Assembly: GCA_037140955.1 (NCBI GenBank)
Contig: JBAXDL010000003.1
Location: 27,348-91,347, forward strand
DNA length: 64,000 nucleotides
Direction: 5' to 3'
DNA from: a bacterium
GTDB lineage: Bacteria; Patescibacteriota; Minisyncoccia; Moranbacterales; GWC2-37-73
The notes below the pieces were generated by a model. That model did no database searches and was not told the origin of the DNA. It saw only the letters and a program-made list of their open reading frames with translations. The position numbers and the translations under genes are program-made. Positions 9,038 through 19,325 of this stretch are shown here, piece after piece. Position 1 is the first letter of the stretch. Each line of letters begins with the position of its first letter.

Positions 9038-10186
9038 CTATTCCCCCTTCAAGATAACAGAAATTTCCCTCGCACATTGGTCCCAATCAAATCTTTTCAC
9101 ATTTTTAAGACCTTTTTTGATAAGGTCTTTTTTCTTTTCTTTGTTAGAAATTATTTCAAAAATATTCTCAGCAATTTCATTTGGATTACTTGGATCAACC
9201 AAAGCAGCTGAACAGGTATCAAATTGCATCTTTGCTTTTTCAAGACCGGATTCCGGTTCAAGCCCGGAATGACAAGATGTGATCTCGGAAATCGAAGAAT
9301 TGTTTGAAGCAACAACGCAGCATCCAACACTTTGCGCTTCCAAAATTGGAATTCCAAAGCCTTCATATTGTGTTGGAAAAACAAAAACATCTGCATTTTT
9401 CAAAAGTTCCCATTTTTCATCATCACCCACGAATCCAAATTCTTGAATTTCCTCATTCCATTTGGAATTTGATATTTGGAATTTGATATTTACATAATTA
9501 TGTCCTGGTTTTCCAGCAAGTATAAGATGATGCGGAATATTATATTTTTCCTTCAATATGTCAAAAGCTTTGATGATATTTGCAATATTTTTCCTTTCCT
9601 CAATTCTACCTAAAAATAAAAGAAATTTCTGATTTCTAATTTTGGATTTTATTTGATATTTGTCATTTGGATTTTGGATTTTATTGCCGTATCCCTCATA
9701 AATAACCTTTATTTTTTCATTTGCAATTCCATATAGTTCAATCAAATCCTTCTTGGTGTTTTCAGAAACTGAAATTATCACATTTGCCCAAATGCAGGAT
9801 TTTTTGATAGTAAGACGCATATAAAAGCGCTCAAACCAAGAATATGCTCGTGGAAGAAATTCATATTCCAGGCCATGCACTGTCACGATAGTATTTCTTG
9901 GATGAATCATTGGCACAGTATGTGCAGGAACAAACAATTTCTCCACTGGATGCAAAAACATTTCCAATGACAATCCAAATTGTGTCCAAAATATTGGAAA
10001 TCTTATTTCCGTGATTTTCCAATTTTCTGGCAACTTGAAATCTATTTTTTGATTTTTACGAATATACAAAATTACTTGCTCATTCTGCAAGTAATTTGTA
10101 AGATTTTCTATAACCTGATATGAATATTCTTCAATACCAGTTCTTTGTTTCAAAAATGCCCGAGAAGCATCGATGCCTATTTTCAT
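9038..10186 (-). CDS. Glycosyltransferase family 4
   Basis: MKIGIDASR..TGIEEY, GRIEERKN, EGFGIPILEA. Confidence 0.9.
   Translation of the reverse strand: MKIGIDASRAFLKQRTGIEEYSYQVIENLTNYLQNEQVILYIRKNQKIDFKLPENWKITEIRFPIFWTQFGLSLEMFLHPVEKLFVPAHTVPMIHPRNTIVTVHGLEYEFLPRAYSWFERFYMRLTIKKSCIWANVIISVSENTKKDLIELYGIANEKIKVIYEGYGNKIQNPNDKYQIKSKIRNQKFLLFLGRIEERKNIANIIKAFDILKEKYNIPHHLILAGKPGHNYVNIKFQISNSKWNEEIQEFGFVGDDEKWELLKNADVFVFPTQYEGFGIPILEAQSVGCCVVASNNSSISEITSCHSGLEPESGLEKAKMQFDTCSAALVDPSNPNEIAENIFEIISNKEKKKDLIKKGLKNVKRFDWDQCAREISVILKGE
9246..9274 (-). repeat. dRS3/RPE-like palindromic half-element inside GT4 CDS
   Basis: TGTCATTCCGGGCTTGAACCGGAATCCGG; first 17 nt identical to the element at 46908; translates as CHSGLEPES. 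Confidence 0.6.
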
Positions 10187-10230
10187 TGCTTGTTAGATAT
10201 TAGCGTTTAGCTATTACAAAAAATAACCAC

Positions 10231-10345
10231 TATGCGAGATTATTTTTATTATTTGGCCAATAACCGGCGACAGTGGATTCTTGAGCTTTTGGATATTAAG
10301 CATTTCATCCAAAAGCGTGCCAAAAAATGAAAATAATCTCACATA
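10231..10345 (+). repeat. Structured ~120-nt dispersed repeat, copy A
   Basis: TTTGGC-CAAT..GCGACAGT..CTTGA-GCTTTTGGAT..ATCCAAAAGC-GT-GCCAAAA within long inverted arms. Confidence 0.85.
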
Positions 10346-10358
10346 ACTCAATAAAAGC

Positions 10359-11366
10359 CTACTTCGCCAGCGTAATTGTCCTTTTGTATATTTCAAGATT
10401 ATCAAGAGCAATTCCTATCCCCTTGATCACGCAAAACAAAGGATCATCAGCCACATAGCAAGGCACGCCAATTGTTTTTGTGATGAGTTGATCAAGATTG
10501 CGCAACAAAGCTCCTCCACCAGAAAGAATCATGCCTTTGTCCATGATGTCAGCAGCCAATTCGGGTGGCGTTTCTTGAAAAACTTTTTTAATAGCATTAA
10601 TAACCTCTCGAAGTTCATCTTGCAATGCTTCCGTCACTTCATTAGAAGAGATTCTAATTGTTTTTGGAAGTCCACCCATAAGGTCGCGACCACGCACATC
10701 CATATGATCTTCTTTAACTTGAGCAATAGCACTGCCAATTTCTTTTTTGATGTCCTCGGCCGTTCTATCCCCCACTGCCAAGCCATATTTTCTTTTAATA
10801 TAATCAGAAATTGCTTGATCAAATTTGTTTCCACCAACACGTGCACTGTGAGCAGCCACAATGCCTCCCAAGGAAATCACAGCAATCTCCGATGTTCCGC
10901 CACCGATATTAATAATCATATTACCTTGAGCATTATGAATAGGAATTCCAGCACCAATAGCAGCCAACAATGGCTCTTTCACAACATAGGCTGATTTTGC
11001 ACCAGCTTTCACTGCTGCATCAATCACGGCGCGACGTTCAGTCGATGTCACTCCAGCAGGAATGGAAATCATGATTTCAGGCTTAAAAACCCTGACCTTG
11101 CCAGTCACCTTGTTGATAAAATATTTTAGCATTGCTTCTGTCACACGATAATCAGCAATAACACCATCCTTCATGGGACGAGATGCCACAATATTGTCAG
11201 GTGTGCGACCAAGCATTTCCCTTGCTTGATTGCCAACCGCCAAAACAATATTGTCCAATGGCGAAACAGCCACCACAGATGGCTCATTAACAACAATTCC
11301 TTTGCCAGGAATAAAAACCAAAGTGTTTGCAGTTCCAAGATCAATTCCTATCCTCCTGATAAACAT
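10359..11366 (-). CDS. mreB: Rod shape-determining protein MreB
   Basis: GIDLGTANT, EPSVVA, IGGGTSE, SGGGALL. Confidence 0.95.
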   Translation of the reverse strand: MFIRRIGIDLGTANTLVFIPGKGIVVNEPSVVAVSPLDNIVLAVGNQAREMLGRTPDNIVASRPMKDGVIADYRVTEAMLKYFINKVTGKVRVFKPEIMISIPAGVTSTERRAVIDAAVKAGAKSAYVVKEPLLAAIGAGIPIHNAQGNMIINIGGGTSEIAVISLGGIVAAHSARVGGNKFDQAISDYIKRKYGLAVGDRTAEDIKKEIGSAIAQVKEDHMDVRGRDLMGGLPKTIRISSNEVTEALQDELREVINAIKKVFQETPPELAADIMDKGMILSGGGALLRNLDQLITKTIGVPCYVADDPLFCVIKGIGIALDNLEIYKRTITLAK

Positions 11367-11419
11367 AATCGTAAAAATTTCAAATTATAAATTTTAAATT
11401 CTAAATCAATTTCCAATTC

Positions 11420-11746
11420 CTAATTTTTAAATTCCGAAACCCTGAAATTACCATTTTCCAATTTTCTTTTTTCTCTGCTCATTATTTTTTCATGTTTCTT
11501 CCAGAAAGCTTTTTCAAATTCTTCCACACTCACACCAATACTGATCATGTTTCCCAAAATCAAATTCATCAAATCAATATTCTCCTCAATAAAATCCTCT
11601 TTAGATTTTCCTTTTGTCACTGCTTGTGCCAACTCACCTAGTTCTTCTGTCATCAAATTCAAGCGAAAAGTCATCTCCTCATTGTTTGTCCCTTTCATTT
11701 CATTCTTTGCGTGAAATTCAGCAATGGCATTATAGAATTTTTTCAT
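11420..11746 (-). CDS. MazG-like nucleotide pyrophosphohydrolase
   Basis: EELGELAQAV...EENID acidic helical motif; ATG 11746 chosen because the upstream extension is repeat-derived. Confidence 0.7.
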   Translation of the reverse strand: MKKFYNAIAEFHAKNEMKGTNNEEMTFRLNLMTEELGELAQAVTKGKSKEDFIEENIDLMNLILGNMISIGVSVEEFEKAFWKKHEKIMSREKRKLENGNFRVSEFKN

Positions 11747-11757
11747 AAAAATAATAT

Positions 11758-11880
11758 GCAAATTTCGTGAATCTATTTCATCTTGAGGCAACAGCGAACG
11801 AGAGTGAGGTCTTAGCTTTTGATTATTAACTCCTTAATCAAAAGCGTGCCGAAAGAGGAAATAGATGAGCAGAAATTTGC
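11758..11880 (+). repeat. Structured dispersed repeat, copy B
   Basis: GGCAACAG..ACGAGAGT..CTTA-GCTTTTGATTA..TAATCAAAAGC-GT-GCC; arms GCAAATTTC/GAAATTTGC. Confidence 0.8.
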
Positions 11881-11894
11881 TCAATCAAAAAACT

Positions 11895-13157
11895 TCATTT
11901 CTCAATTCTCTTAATATCAGCTCCCAATTTTGCCAGCCTTTCTTCAATTTTTTCGTATCCTCGATCAACTTGATAAATCTCTTCAATTGTTGAAGTTCCT
12001 TTGGCACAAAGCGCCGCAATGATGAGTGATGCTCCAGCTCGCAAGTCGAAACTTTTGATTGAACTTCCACGAAGTGCAATTGGACCAGAAATCAAAGCTT
12101 GATGTGGATTCAAAATTTTGGAATCAGCTCCCATTTTTTCAAGCTCGCTCAGATAGTTAAATCTTCCTTCAAAAATTGTGTCAAAAATCATGGTTTGTCC
12201 TTTGGCTTGAGTTGCCAACACGCCCAATGGCTGCTGCACATCAGAAGGAACTCCGGGATATGTGCGAGTGTCAATTTTTTCAATTGCTTTCAAATTGTCA
12301 TTTGGCAAAACAGTGATAGAATCATTTTCAATCTTAAAATCTGCGCCAAATTGCCTAAGTCTTTCCAATACAATATCCAGATTATCTTCTCTTGCGCCAC
12401 GCACAGTGATTGGACTTTTGGTTGCCACGCCCATGATCAAAAATGTTGCAGCCTCATTTGCATCAGGAATAATCTCATGCAATGCTCCTTGCAAATTTTG
12501 ACTACCAACAATTTCAAGTGTGTGAGTTCCTAGTCCTGAAATTTTTGCACCCATAGAAATCAAAAATCTTCCCAAATCCTCCACATGTGGTTCAGCTGCA
12601 GCAATTTTGATGATGGTTTTTTCAGGCAAAGATGCAGCCAGCATCATCGCATTTTCCGTAGCTGTGACTGAAAATTCTTGCAGCACAACTTTGCCAGCTT
12701 TTCGAGAGCTTGCATCAACAACATAATTGCATTCATCTTGCACAATTTTCACGCCCATTTTTTCAAGCGCATCAAAATGTGTTCCCACTGGACGTTTGCC
12801 GATGGTGCATCCGCCAGGATGAGCAATGTTGAATTTATCAGTGCGAGCAGAGAGCGAACCAAGCAGCAAAATCGAAGAGCGCAATTTTTTCACTGTGTGC
12901 AAATCTATTTTTGCAGCATCCAAATCTTTAGCACAAATTCGCACAGTCCTTTCACCTTCCCAAGCAACCGAAACATTCATGCTTTGCAAAATTTCAAGCA
13001 TGCGATATACATCCTCAATCAAGGGGATGTTTGAAATGACACACTCTCCAGCTGTGAGAACAGTTGCAGCCAAAATTGGAGTTGTTGCATTTTTTGATCC
13101 CCTCACATCAATTGTCCCTGAAAGCTTTTTGCCTCCAGTAATTTCAAAATATTCCAT
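11895..13157 (-). CDS. murA: UDP-N-acetylglucosamine 1-carboxyvinyltransferase
   Basis: GSKNA, PGGCTIGKRP (catalytic Cys), SVTATEN, DLRAGA, VDRGYE. Confidence 0.95.
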   Translation of the reverse strand: MEYFEITGGKKLSGTIDVRGSKNATTPILAATVLTAGECVISNIPLIEDVYRMLEILQSMNVSVAWEGERTVRICAKDLDAAKIDLHTVKKLRSSILLLGSLSARTDKFNIAHPGGCTIGKRPVGTHFDALEKMGVKIVQDECNYVVDASSRKAGKVVLQEFSVTATENAMMLAASLPEKTIIKIAAAEPHVEDLGRFLISMGAKISGLGTHTLEIVGSQNLQGALHEIIPDANEAATFLIMGVATKSPITVRGAREDNLDIVLERLRQFGADFKIENDSITVLPNDNLKAIEKIDTRTYPGVPSDVQQPLGVLATQAKGQTMIFDTIFEGRFNYLSELEKMGADSKILNPHQALISGPIALRGSSIKSFDLRAGASLIIAALCAKGTSTIEEIYQVDRGYEKIEERLAKLGADIKRIEK

Positions 13158-13205
13158 AAAATTTATTATATAGTAATAATCCTTTTTTTCAAGTATTTTT
13201 CAGTC

Positions 13206-14603
13206 TTATTTTAATTTTGTTGCCGCCTCCCTGAATTTGTCACCGCGATCAAATTCATTGGCAAAAAGGCCAAAGCTGGCAGCTCCAGGTGAAAGCAGCA
13301 CGATGTCACCAGCATCAGCAAGCTGTTTGGCTTTGGAAACAGCGTCATGCATAGAAGAAACAACAACAATTTCCTTCAAAAAATCTTCATCAGCAATTTT
13401 CTTGAGTTTTTCCATGATCTTGTCAGTAGCAGTGCCACTAAGCAAAATCAAGTTTTTGGTTTTTTCAAAAATCTCTTGGGCAAAATTTCCAAAATCAAGG
13501 TTTTTGTCTGTCCCGCCAGCAATAAGCACTATCGTTTTTTCAAAAGCATTAAGAGCGGAAATGGCAGCGTCTGGAATTGTGGCAGCGGTGTCGTTGTAAT
13601 ATTTCACACCGCCAAGTTCTCGCACAAATTCCAAGCGATGAGCAACACCCTTGAGTTGCGGCAAAGCTTTTTTAATTTCACTATCGCTCAGCCCATAGGC
13701 ATATACCGCGCCAATAGCAGCCATCACATTGGAAAGATTGTGCTTACCTGGAATTAAAATATTTTTAATTGCCGCCAGCTTTTTCACATCAATTCCATTA
13801 TTCAAATAAATAGCCTCATCTTCAATGAAAACACTGCGACTTTTTTTGAGTGGCTCATAGGAAAACTTGATTAATTGTGATGGAGCCTCCTTGCAAGCAT
13901 CTTTCAATGCCTGATCGTCATAATTAAACACCAACCAATCCTTAGGTTTTTGATTTGCAAAAATATATTTCTTGTCTTGAAAATATTTTTCCATGGTTCC
14001 ATAATAGTTTAAATGATCCTTCATGATGTTTTTGAAAACAGCAATATGCGGACTCAATTTTGCTCGCCCCAAAGCTGAAAGTCTCCAACTAGAAAGTTCA
14101 AAAACAACAATAGAGTCTTTTTTTAGCAATAGTAACTTGTCCAAGACAGAAACCTGACCAATTCCGATTTTTATTGGATTTTTTCCGGCAGACTTTAGAA
14201 TTTCATAAATTAGTGTGGCAGTTGTGGTTTTGCCTTTTGTGCCAGTGACTCCGATAATCTTATTTTTGCATAACTTAAAAAACAGACTGGAGTCCATTTC
14301 TACTGGCACTTTGTTTTCAAGGGCAAATTTAATATGCTTGTCCGTCCATGGAGCAGCAGGATTTTTGACAATCATGTCAGCATTAGAAAAATCCTCCATG
14401 CGATGTTGTCCAAGCACATATTGAATATTTTTGATTCCCTTGAGCTTTTCTAAGGAAGCACTCAGCTGCTCTTTTGTTCGAAGATCAGTGGCAATAACCT
14501 TGGCTCCTTGCATAGCCAAAAATTTCACAGTTCCCACTCCACCACCATGCAGACCAATACCCATTACGGTTATTTTCTTTCCCTTAAAAAAAGATAATTC
14601 CAT
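13206..14603 (-). CDS. murD: UDP-N-acetylmuramoyl-L-alanine--D-glutamate ligase
   Basis: GVTGTKGKTTT, ELSSW, HRLE, YYNDTAAT, LLSPGAASF..F..RG. Confidence 0.9.
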   Translation of the reverse strand: MELSFFKGKKITVMGIGLHGGGVGTVKFLAMQGAKVIATDLRTKEQLSASLEKLKGIKNIQYVLGQHRMEDFSNADMIVKNPAAPWTDKHIKFALENKVPVEMDSSLFFKLCKNKIIGVTGTKGKTTTATLIYEILKSAGKNPIKIGIGQVSVLDKLLLLKKDSIVVFELSSWRLSALGRAKLSPHIAVFKNIMKDHLNYYGTMEKYFQDKKYIFANQKPKDWLVFNYDDQALKDACKEAPSQLIKFSYEPLKKSRSVFIEDEAIYLNNGIDVKKLAAIKNILIPGKHNLSNVMAAIGAVYAYGLSDSEIKKALPQLKGVAHRLEFVRELGGVKYYNDTAATIPDAAISALNAFEKTIVLIAGGTDKNLDFGNFAQEIFEKTKNLILLSGTATDKIMEKLKKIADEDFLKEIVVVSSMHDAVSKAKQLADAGDIVLLSPGAASFGLFANEFDRGDKFREAATKLK

Positions 14604-14608
14604 ATGTT

Positions 14609-16201
14609 TTAAAATTCAAGAAATGAAGTTTTTCTGCGAATAACCTCCCCAGATCGAAACTGTGTTATCAAACCATTTTTGACTGTCAATTGACCATTGA
14701 CAATGACCCATTCAACACCCTGAGAATATTGATAAGGATCTTCAACTGTGGCCATGTCCTTAATTTTTGCAGGATCAAACACGATCACATCAGCATGATT
14801 ACCCTCTGCCAATATTCCACGCTTTGCAATATTAAATTTTTCAGCAGGAAGTCCACTCATTTTGTGCACAGCCTCTTCCCAACCAACAACACCACGCTCT
14901 TTGACGTATTGAGCAAGTACTCTTGGAAAAGAGCCGAAATTACGTGGATGCACAATCTCACCAGTTCCACGATGCTGCAAATTATAGCCAGAACCATTGG
15001 AAGATATAATTGAAAAAGGATTTATTACTGCCTTATCAACATTTTTTTCGCTAAGCACTTCCATCATAGTAACCACGCGACCCTCACTAGCAATCAAAAC
15101 ATCAATAATGGCATCTTCCACGCTCTTGTTTTGAAATTCAGCAATTTCAGTAATTTTTTTGTGATTTAATTCTTTGTCCAAAGATGAAATTGAAATGATA
15201 ACTTTCGAATAATCATTGCCACTTTCTTTCATGTCCTTAATTGCACGCTTGCGCATGTCTTCGTCCTTAAGACGCGAAAGCATGATGTTGCGACCACCTT
15301 CAGTGACCCAATCAGGCAACAAAATATAGAGCACACTGCCGGTTGAAGTGTATGGATATACATCAAAATGAACATTAATGCCACTTGTGCGTGCAGTTTC
15401 AATCAAATTCAAAGCTTCTTCCATTAATGGCCAATTCTTTTTCCCCATAGCTTTCAAATGTGAAATTTGCAACCTGACACCTGTCTCTTGTGCAATTCTA
15501 ATCGCTTCTTCAATTGCTTTGATCAAATCATCACCCTCGCCTCTAATGTGTGTAGTATAGACACCGTCATATTTCTTGACTATTTCAGCCAATTCAGCAA
15601 TTTCACGAGATGATGCCAGTTTTGCATGCGTATAAACCAAGCCAGTTGAAAAACCAAGCGCACCATCTTTCATTGATTGGGTTAGCATTTTTTTCATGAC
15701 CAACATTTCAGCAGGACTAATGTCTCGCACCTCATCTCCAACTAATCCGCGTCTAAGTGTTCCATGTCCAACCAATGAAGCAAAATTCAAAGCAATATTT
15801 TTCTTTTCAACCTCAGCCAAAAATTCCTTCATGGAAAGCCAATTGAAACTAACATTTTTCATGTCAGTCCATTTTTGGATTGATTTCATCACTTCATGAC
15901 TCGCCAATGGAGCCAAGGATGTTCCACAGTTTCCACCAACAATAGTCGTCACACCTTGATATAGTAAACTTTCAAGAGCTGGATCCAAAAACAAGCGCCA
16001 ATATGTGTCTGAATGATTGTTAACATCAATAAAACCAGGAGAAACATATTTTCCAGTTGCATCAACTTCAATTTGAGCCTGTTCGTTGTGCAAATCTCCA
16101 ATTTCAGCAATCATGCCTTCTTTGATTCCTAAGTCGCCACGAAACATAGGTTTGCCACTACCGTCAATGATTGTGCCATTTTTTATTAGGATATCAAGCA
16201 T
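14609..16201 (-). CDS. N-acyl-D-amino-acid deacylase family amidohydrolase (atypical active site)
   Basis: PGFIDVNNHSD, GGNCG, THIRGE, ISHLK, DVYPY, HPRNFGSFPR; family HxH and SDG motifs altered. Confidence 0.8.
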   Translation of the reverse strand: MLDILIKNGTIIDGSGKPMFRGDLGIKEGMIAEIGDLHNEQAQIEVDATGKYVSPGFIDVNNHSDTYWRLFLDPALESLLYQGVTTIVGGNCGTSLAPLASHEVMKSIQKWTDMKNVSFNWLSMKEFLAEVEKKNIALNFASLVGHGTLRRGLVGDEVRDISPAEMLVMKKMLTQSMKDGALGFSTGLVYTHAKLASSREIAELAEIVKKYDGVYTTHIRGEGDDLIKAIEEAIRIAQETGVRLQISHLKAMGKKNWPLMEEALNLIETARTSGINVHFDVYPYTSTGSVLYILLPDWVTEGGRNIMLSRLKDEDMRKRAIKDMKESGNDYSKVIISISSLDKELNHKKITEIAEFQNKSVEDAIIDVLIASEGRVVTMMEVLSEKNVDKAVINPFSIISSNGSGYNLQHRGTGEIVHPRNFGSFPRVLAQYVKERGVVGWEEAVHKMSGLPAEKFNIAKRGILAEGNHADVIVFDPAKIKDMATVEDPYQYSQGVEWVIVNGQLTVKNGLITQFRSGEVIRRKTSFLEF

Positions 16202-16295
16202 ATTTTTTATTTTAATAAGTGTTTACTTTATAGCTAAATTCTAACATTTTTAATGTTAAATGCCAAGCAAAATACTCAAAAAAAATTTACGTTTT

Positions 16296-16979
16296 TTATA
16301 TCCATTTTTTTGCTTCCAAGCCAAGTCTTGCCGCTTCACGTTGAGCTTCTTGCTTTGAATTTCCTTCGCCCTCTGCCACCAATTCATCAGCAAGATAAAC
16401 GCCAACCACAAAGTGTTTGTCGTGATCAGGTCCCCATTCCTTCATCACGCGATACGATGGAGTGACTTTGCTATTTTCCTGCGCCTTCTCTTGAAAATAA
16501 CTTTTTGGATCAAGGTATAATTTTTTTTCAATAATCTCGGTCAATCTGGTTGCTACATTTTTCAAGACAAATTTTTTGGTCACCTCATATCCTTGATCAA
16601 GATAAATAGCGCCAATAATGGCTTCCAATGCGTTTGCCAGTAAGTATTGACGAGCTCTCCCTTTGTCTTTTGCTTCTCCGCGACTCATGAGCAAAAATCC
16701 TTCAACTCCAATGCTTTGCGAAACACTAGCAAGCATTTCACCATTAACAAGCGCACTTCTCCAACTAGTAAGTTCGCCTTCTGGATTTTTATAATTAGCG
16801 TACAAATATTCAGTTATAATCAATTCTAAAACAGCATCACCCAAAAATTCCAAACGCTCATTGTGATCAAGCGCATAATCTCTGTTTTCATTTAAGTAAC
16901 TTCGATGCGTCACTGCCTGTCTCAAAATTTCAATATTTCCAAATTCAACTCCAATTTTTTTAGCTAAAGATTCGATCAT
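16296..16979 (-). CDS. rnc: Ribonuclease III
   Basis: HNERLEFLGDAVL signature, C-terminal dsRBD; start at MIESL. Confidence 0.95.
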   Translation of the reverse strand: MIESLAKKIGVEFGNIEILRQAVTHRSYLNENRDYALDHNERLEFLGDAVLELIITEYLYANYKNPEGELTSWRSALVNGEMLASVSQSIGVEGFLLMSRGEAKDKGRARQYLLANALEAIIGAIYLDQGYEVTKKFVLKNVATRLTEIIEKKLYLDPKSYFQEKAQENSKVTPSYRVMKEWGPDHDKHFVVGVYLADELVAEGEGNSKQEAQREAARLGLEAKKWI

Positions 16980-17127
16980 AGATACAAAAACCCAAAAACC
17001 AAATAACAAAAACCAAATAAAATCAAAAGTTCAAAATCTTAATTTTTAGATTTTGATATTTAGTCATTTATTTGAAATTTGACATTTGGATTTTAGATTT
17101 GAAATAACTCAATTATATTCAGAAAGC

Positions 17128-17616
17128 TTATTTTTCTTCTTTTGCTTTTACTTCTTGCTCTTCTTTGTGTTTTTTTGTACTATCATCTTTCATGGGCTCA
17201 CCCATTTCACGATAAATGGTTCCAAGCACGCCATTAACAAAGCGAGCACTACTGTCACCTCCAAATGTTTTGGCAAGTTCTATTGACTCATTGATTGCAA
17301 CCTTTGGTGGGACTTCCCCATAATTTCCATGCATCAATTCATAAATTCCAAGACGAAGAATGTTTCGATCAATCAAGGTCACTTGATCCAATGGCCATTC
17401 AGGAGCACACTTTTCAATCAAAGCATCAATTGTTGCTCTTTTCTCCAATGTTCCCTTGGCCAAATCTTTCACAAATTCAAAATCTTCAATGCCCGGGGCA
17501 AATTCAAGCACATTGCGTCTGACAATATCATCAATCAACTCATCATGCATGCCTTGAAAATCCCACTCAAAAAGAGCCTGCATTGCAACGCTGCGCTGAA
17601 GATGTCTATTTGCCAT
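17128..17616 (-). CDS. nusB: Transcription antitermination factor NusB
   Basis: [30 protein letters not shown]. Confidence 0.95.
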   Translation of the reverse strand: MANRHLQRSVAMQALFEWDFQGMHDELIDDIVRRNVLEFAPGIEDFEFVKDLAKGTLEKRATIDALIEKCAPEWPLDQVTLIDRNILRLGIYELMHGNYGEVPPKVAINESIELAKTFGGDSSARFVNGVLGTIYREMGEPMKDDSTKKHKEEQEVKAKEEK

Positions 17617-17658
17617 AAATGATATTTATTTTATACAACTTAAGTACTTATAAGATGC

Positions 17659-17856
17659 TTATTTCTTTTTTGCTACTTTTTTGATAGTGTTTACAACTTC
17701 ATTTCCTTTGTAAAAACCACAATGAGTGCAAACTCTGTGTGAAAGTTTTTCCTTGCCGCATTTTGAACATGTTTGAGTTTTGATTGGCTCAATTGCGAAA
17801 CGATCTCTTTTTGCATCTCGTCTTTGTTTGGTGTGCCTCTGTTTTGGTACTGACAT
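17659..17856 (-). CDS. rpmF: 50S ribosomal protein L32
   Basis: MSVPKQRHTK, CSKCG..HRVCTHCGFYKG. Confidence 0.95.
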   Translation of the reverse strand: MSVPKQRHTKQRRDAKRDRFAIEPIKTQTCSKCGKEKLSHRVCTHCGFYKGNEVVNTIKKVAKKK

Positions 17857-17864
17857 AGTTTAGT

Positions 17865-17897
17865 CAAAAGTTCTTAAAGTTTGTAAAGTTCGTAAAG
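17865..17897. repeat. Degenerate 9-mer tandem (AAAGTYYGT-like)
   Basis: AAAAGTTCTT-AAAGTTTGT-AAAGTTCGT-AAAGC; same family as 41258-41292. Confidence 0.55.
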
Positions 17898-18005
17898 CTA
17901 CTAACAAATGCCTTATATTGCGCTCTTTACAGACCTAAGAACCACTACAAATAAATATTAAAAATACAACGTCATAATAGCATGGCATTTGTGATTTGGC
18001 AATAG

Positions 18006-18683
18006 TTACGCCATTTTTAAGGCTTTTTTGACTGGCGCAAAGCTTTTGCGATGAATTTCACATGGACCATACTCAAAAAGAGCTTCCATGTGTACCTTTG
18101 TTCCATAGCCTTTGTGCTTATCTAAGCCATATTGTGGATATTTTTTATGCATTTTTTCCATCATGCGGTCGCGTGTTACCTTTGCCACAATTGAAGCGGC
18201 TGAAATAGACTTCACTAATCTATCTCCGCCAATTACAGCATATTGTTCCATGGAAAGATTTGGAATTTGTTTGTTGCCGTCAACTAAGATGATGTATTTT
18301 GGCTCTTTTCCTGACCAAATTTGTTGACTAATATTTCTTTTGAGCTCCAAGATTGCTTTTTTCATGGAAAGAAAACTGGCTTCCAGGATATTAATTCGGT
18401 CAATTGTTTCGTGATCGCAAAGACCGATGCCCAAGTAAAAATGCTCACCAATAAAATCAAAAATCTCCCCTCGCTGTTTTTCTGAGACTTTTTTGGAATC
18501 CCTAATGAGGTCAAATTGTTTTTGCTTTTCAATTGGAATTTCAAAATTAGGATTCTTGAACATTGCAGCGCAGGCTAGTACTGGTCCGCAAAGCGGACCT
18601 CTGCCAACTTCATCAGTTCCAATGATGTGCGTGAAGCCTTGTTTGGCAAAATCTTTTTCCAAAATAAAAGTTGATGTTTCCAT
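18006..18683 (-). CDS. rnhB: Ribonuclease HII
   Basis: GTDEVGRGPLCGPV, DSKK, VDGN, AASIVAKVTRD, HKGYGT, HRKSF. Confidence 0.95.
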   Translation of the reverse strand: METSTFILEKDFAKQGFTHIIGTDEVGRGPLCGPVLACAAMFKNPNFEIPIEKQKQFDLIRDSKKVSEKQRGEIFDFIGEHFYLGIGLCDHETIDRINILEASFLSMKKAILELKRNISQQIWSGKEPKYIILVDGNKQIPNLSMEQYAVIGGDRLVKSISAASIVAKVTRDRMMEKMHKKYPQYGLDKHKGYGTKVHMEALFEYGPCEIHRKSFAPVKKALKMA

Positions 18684-18722
18684 ATATAAATACTATAACT
18701 TATTTGCCACTTTGCATAATAC

Positions 18723-18754
18723 AAAAAAATACAGCACGAGTTGGCCGTATTTTT
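18723..18754 (-). terminator. Possible intrinsic terminator
   Basis: AAAAAATACAGC..GCCGTATTTTT hairpin downstream of 18774 ORF. Confidence 0.4.
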
Positions 18755-18773
18755 GATTATTTCAAGAAAAAAG

Positions 18774-19325
18774 TTATTCTGTTTTTTTAAGATACTTGGC
18801 TAGTGCTAGCTTTGCAGGAGCAATGCTTACAACTGGTCCACCCTCGCAATGCAAATAATAACCTTTGATTATAAGTGTTTCTGGTTTTTCATCAGTAGCC
18901 TTTTTTAATTTAGCAATTAAGGCAGGATCAGCATCTGCAATTTTTAGCAATTCATTGACATTCTTTCCCTTGTCATCCGTGATTTGAACTGGCAAGCCAA
19001 TCAAGTCATCTTTTGCCACTTTAAACAACCATTCCTTTTTTTCACCAACAACTGAGTCCAAAACATATCTTCCACGCAAGGCAACTTCACCGTCATACAT
19101 ATGACCTTTGCATGGATCTTTTTGGAAGTTTTGAGTGAGCTCATCAACATTCCCCTGATCGACACTTCCATTAGCAACATCTTGATTTTTTGAATCCTCT
19201 ACACTTGGGGTATTATTAGTAATAGCCATTTGTTTCCTATTTTCAACCAAAAATATTCCACCGATAACAATTGCCAGCAAAACTATTATTCCAATTGCAA
19301 ACTCACTTGCTATTTTTTTGTTCAT
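18774..19325 (-). CDS. Hypothetical membrane-anchored/secreted protein
   Basis: N-terminal TM helix, polar linker, small Cys-containing domain. Confidence 0.65.
   Translation of the reverse strand: MNKKIASEFAIGIIVLLAIVIGGIFLVENRKQMAITNNTPSVEDSKNQDVANGSVDQGNVDELTQNFQKDPCKGHMYDGEVALRGRYVLDSVVGEKKEWLFKVAKDDLIGLPVQITDDKGKNVNELLKIADADPALIAKLKKATDEKPETLIIKGYYLHCEGGPVVSIAPAKLALAKYLKKTE

Noticed and set aside
10214-10411. 65-aa ORF across repeat copy A (likewise 40172-40486 and 51679-52071)
   Set aside because: Chance open frames through the repeat or antisense to real genes
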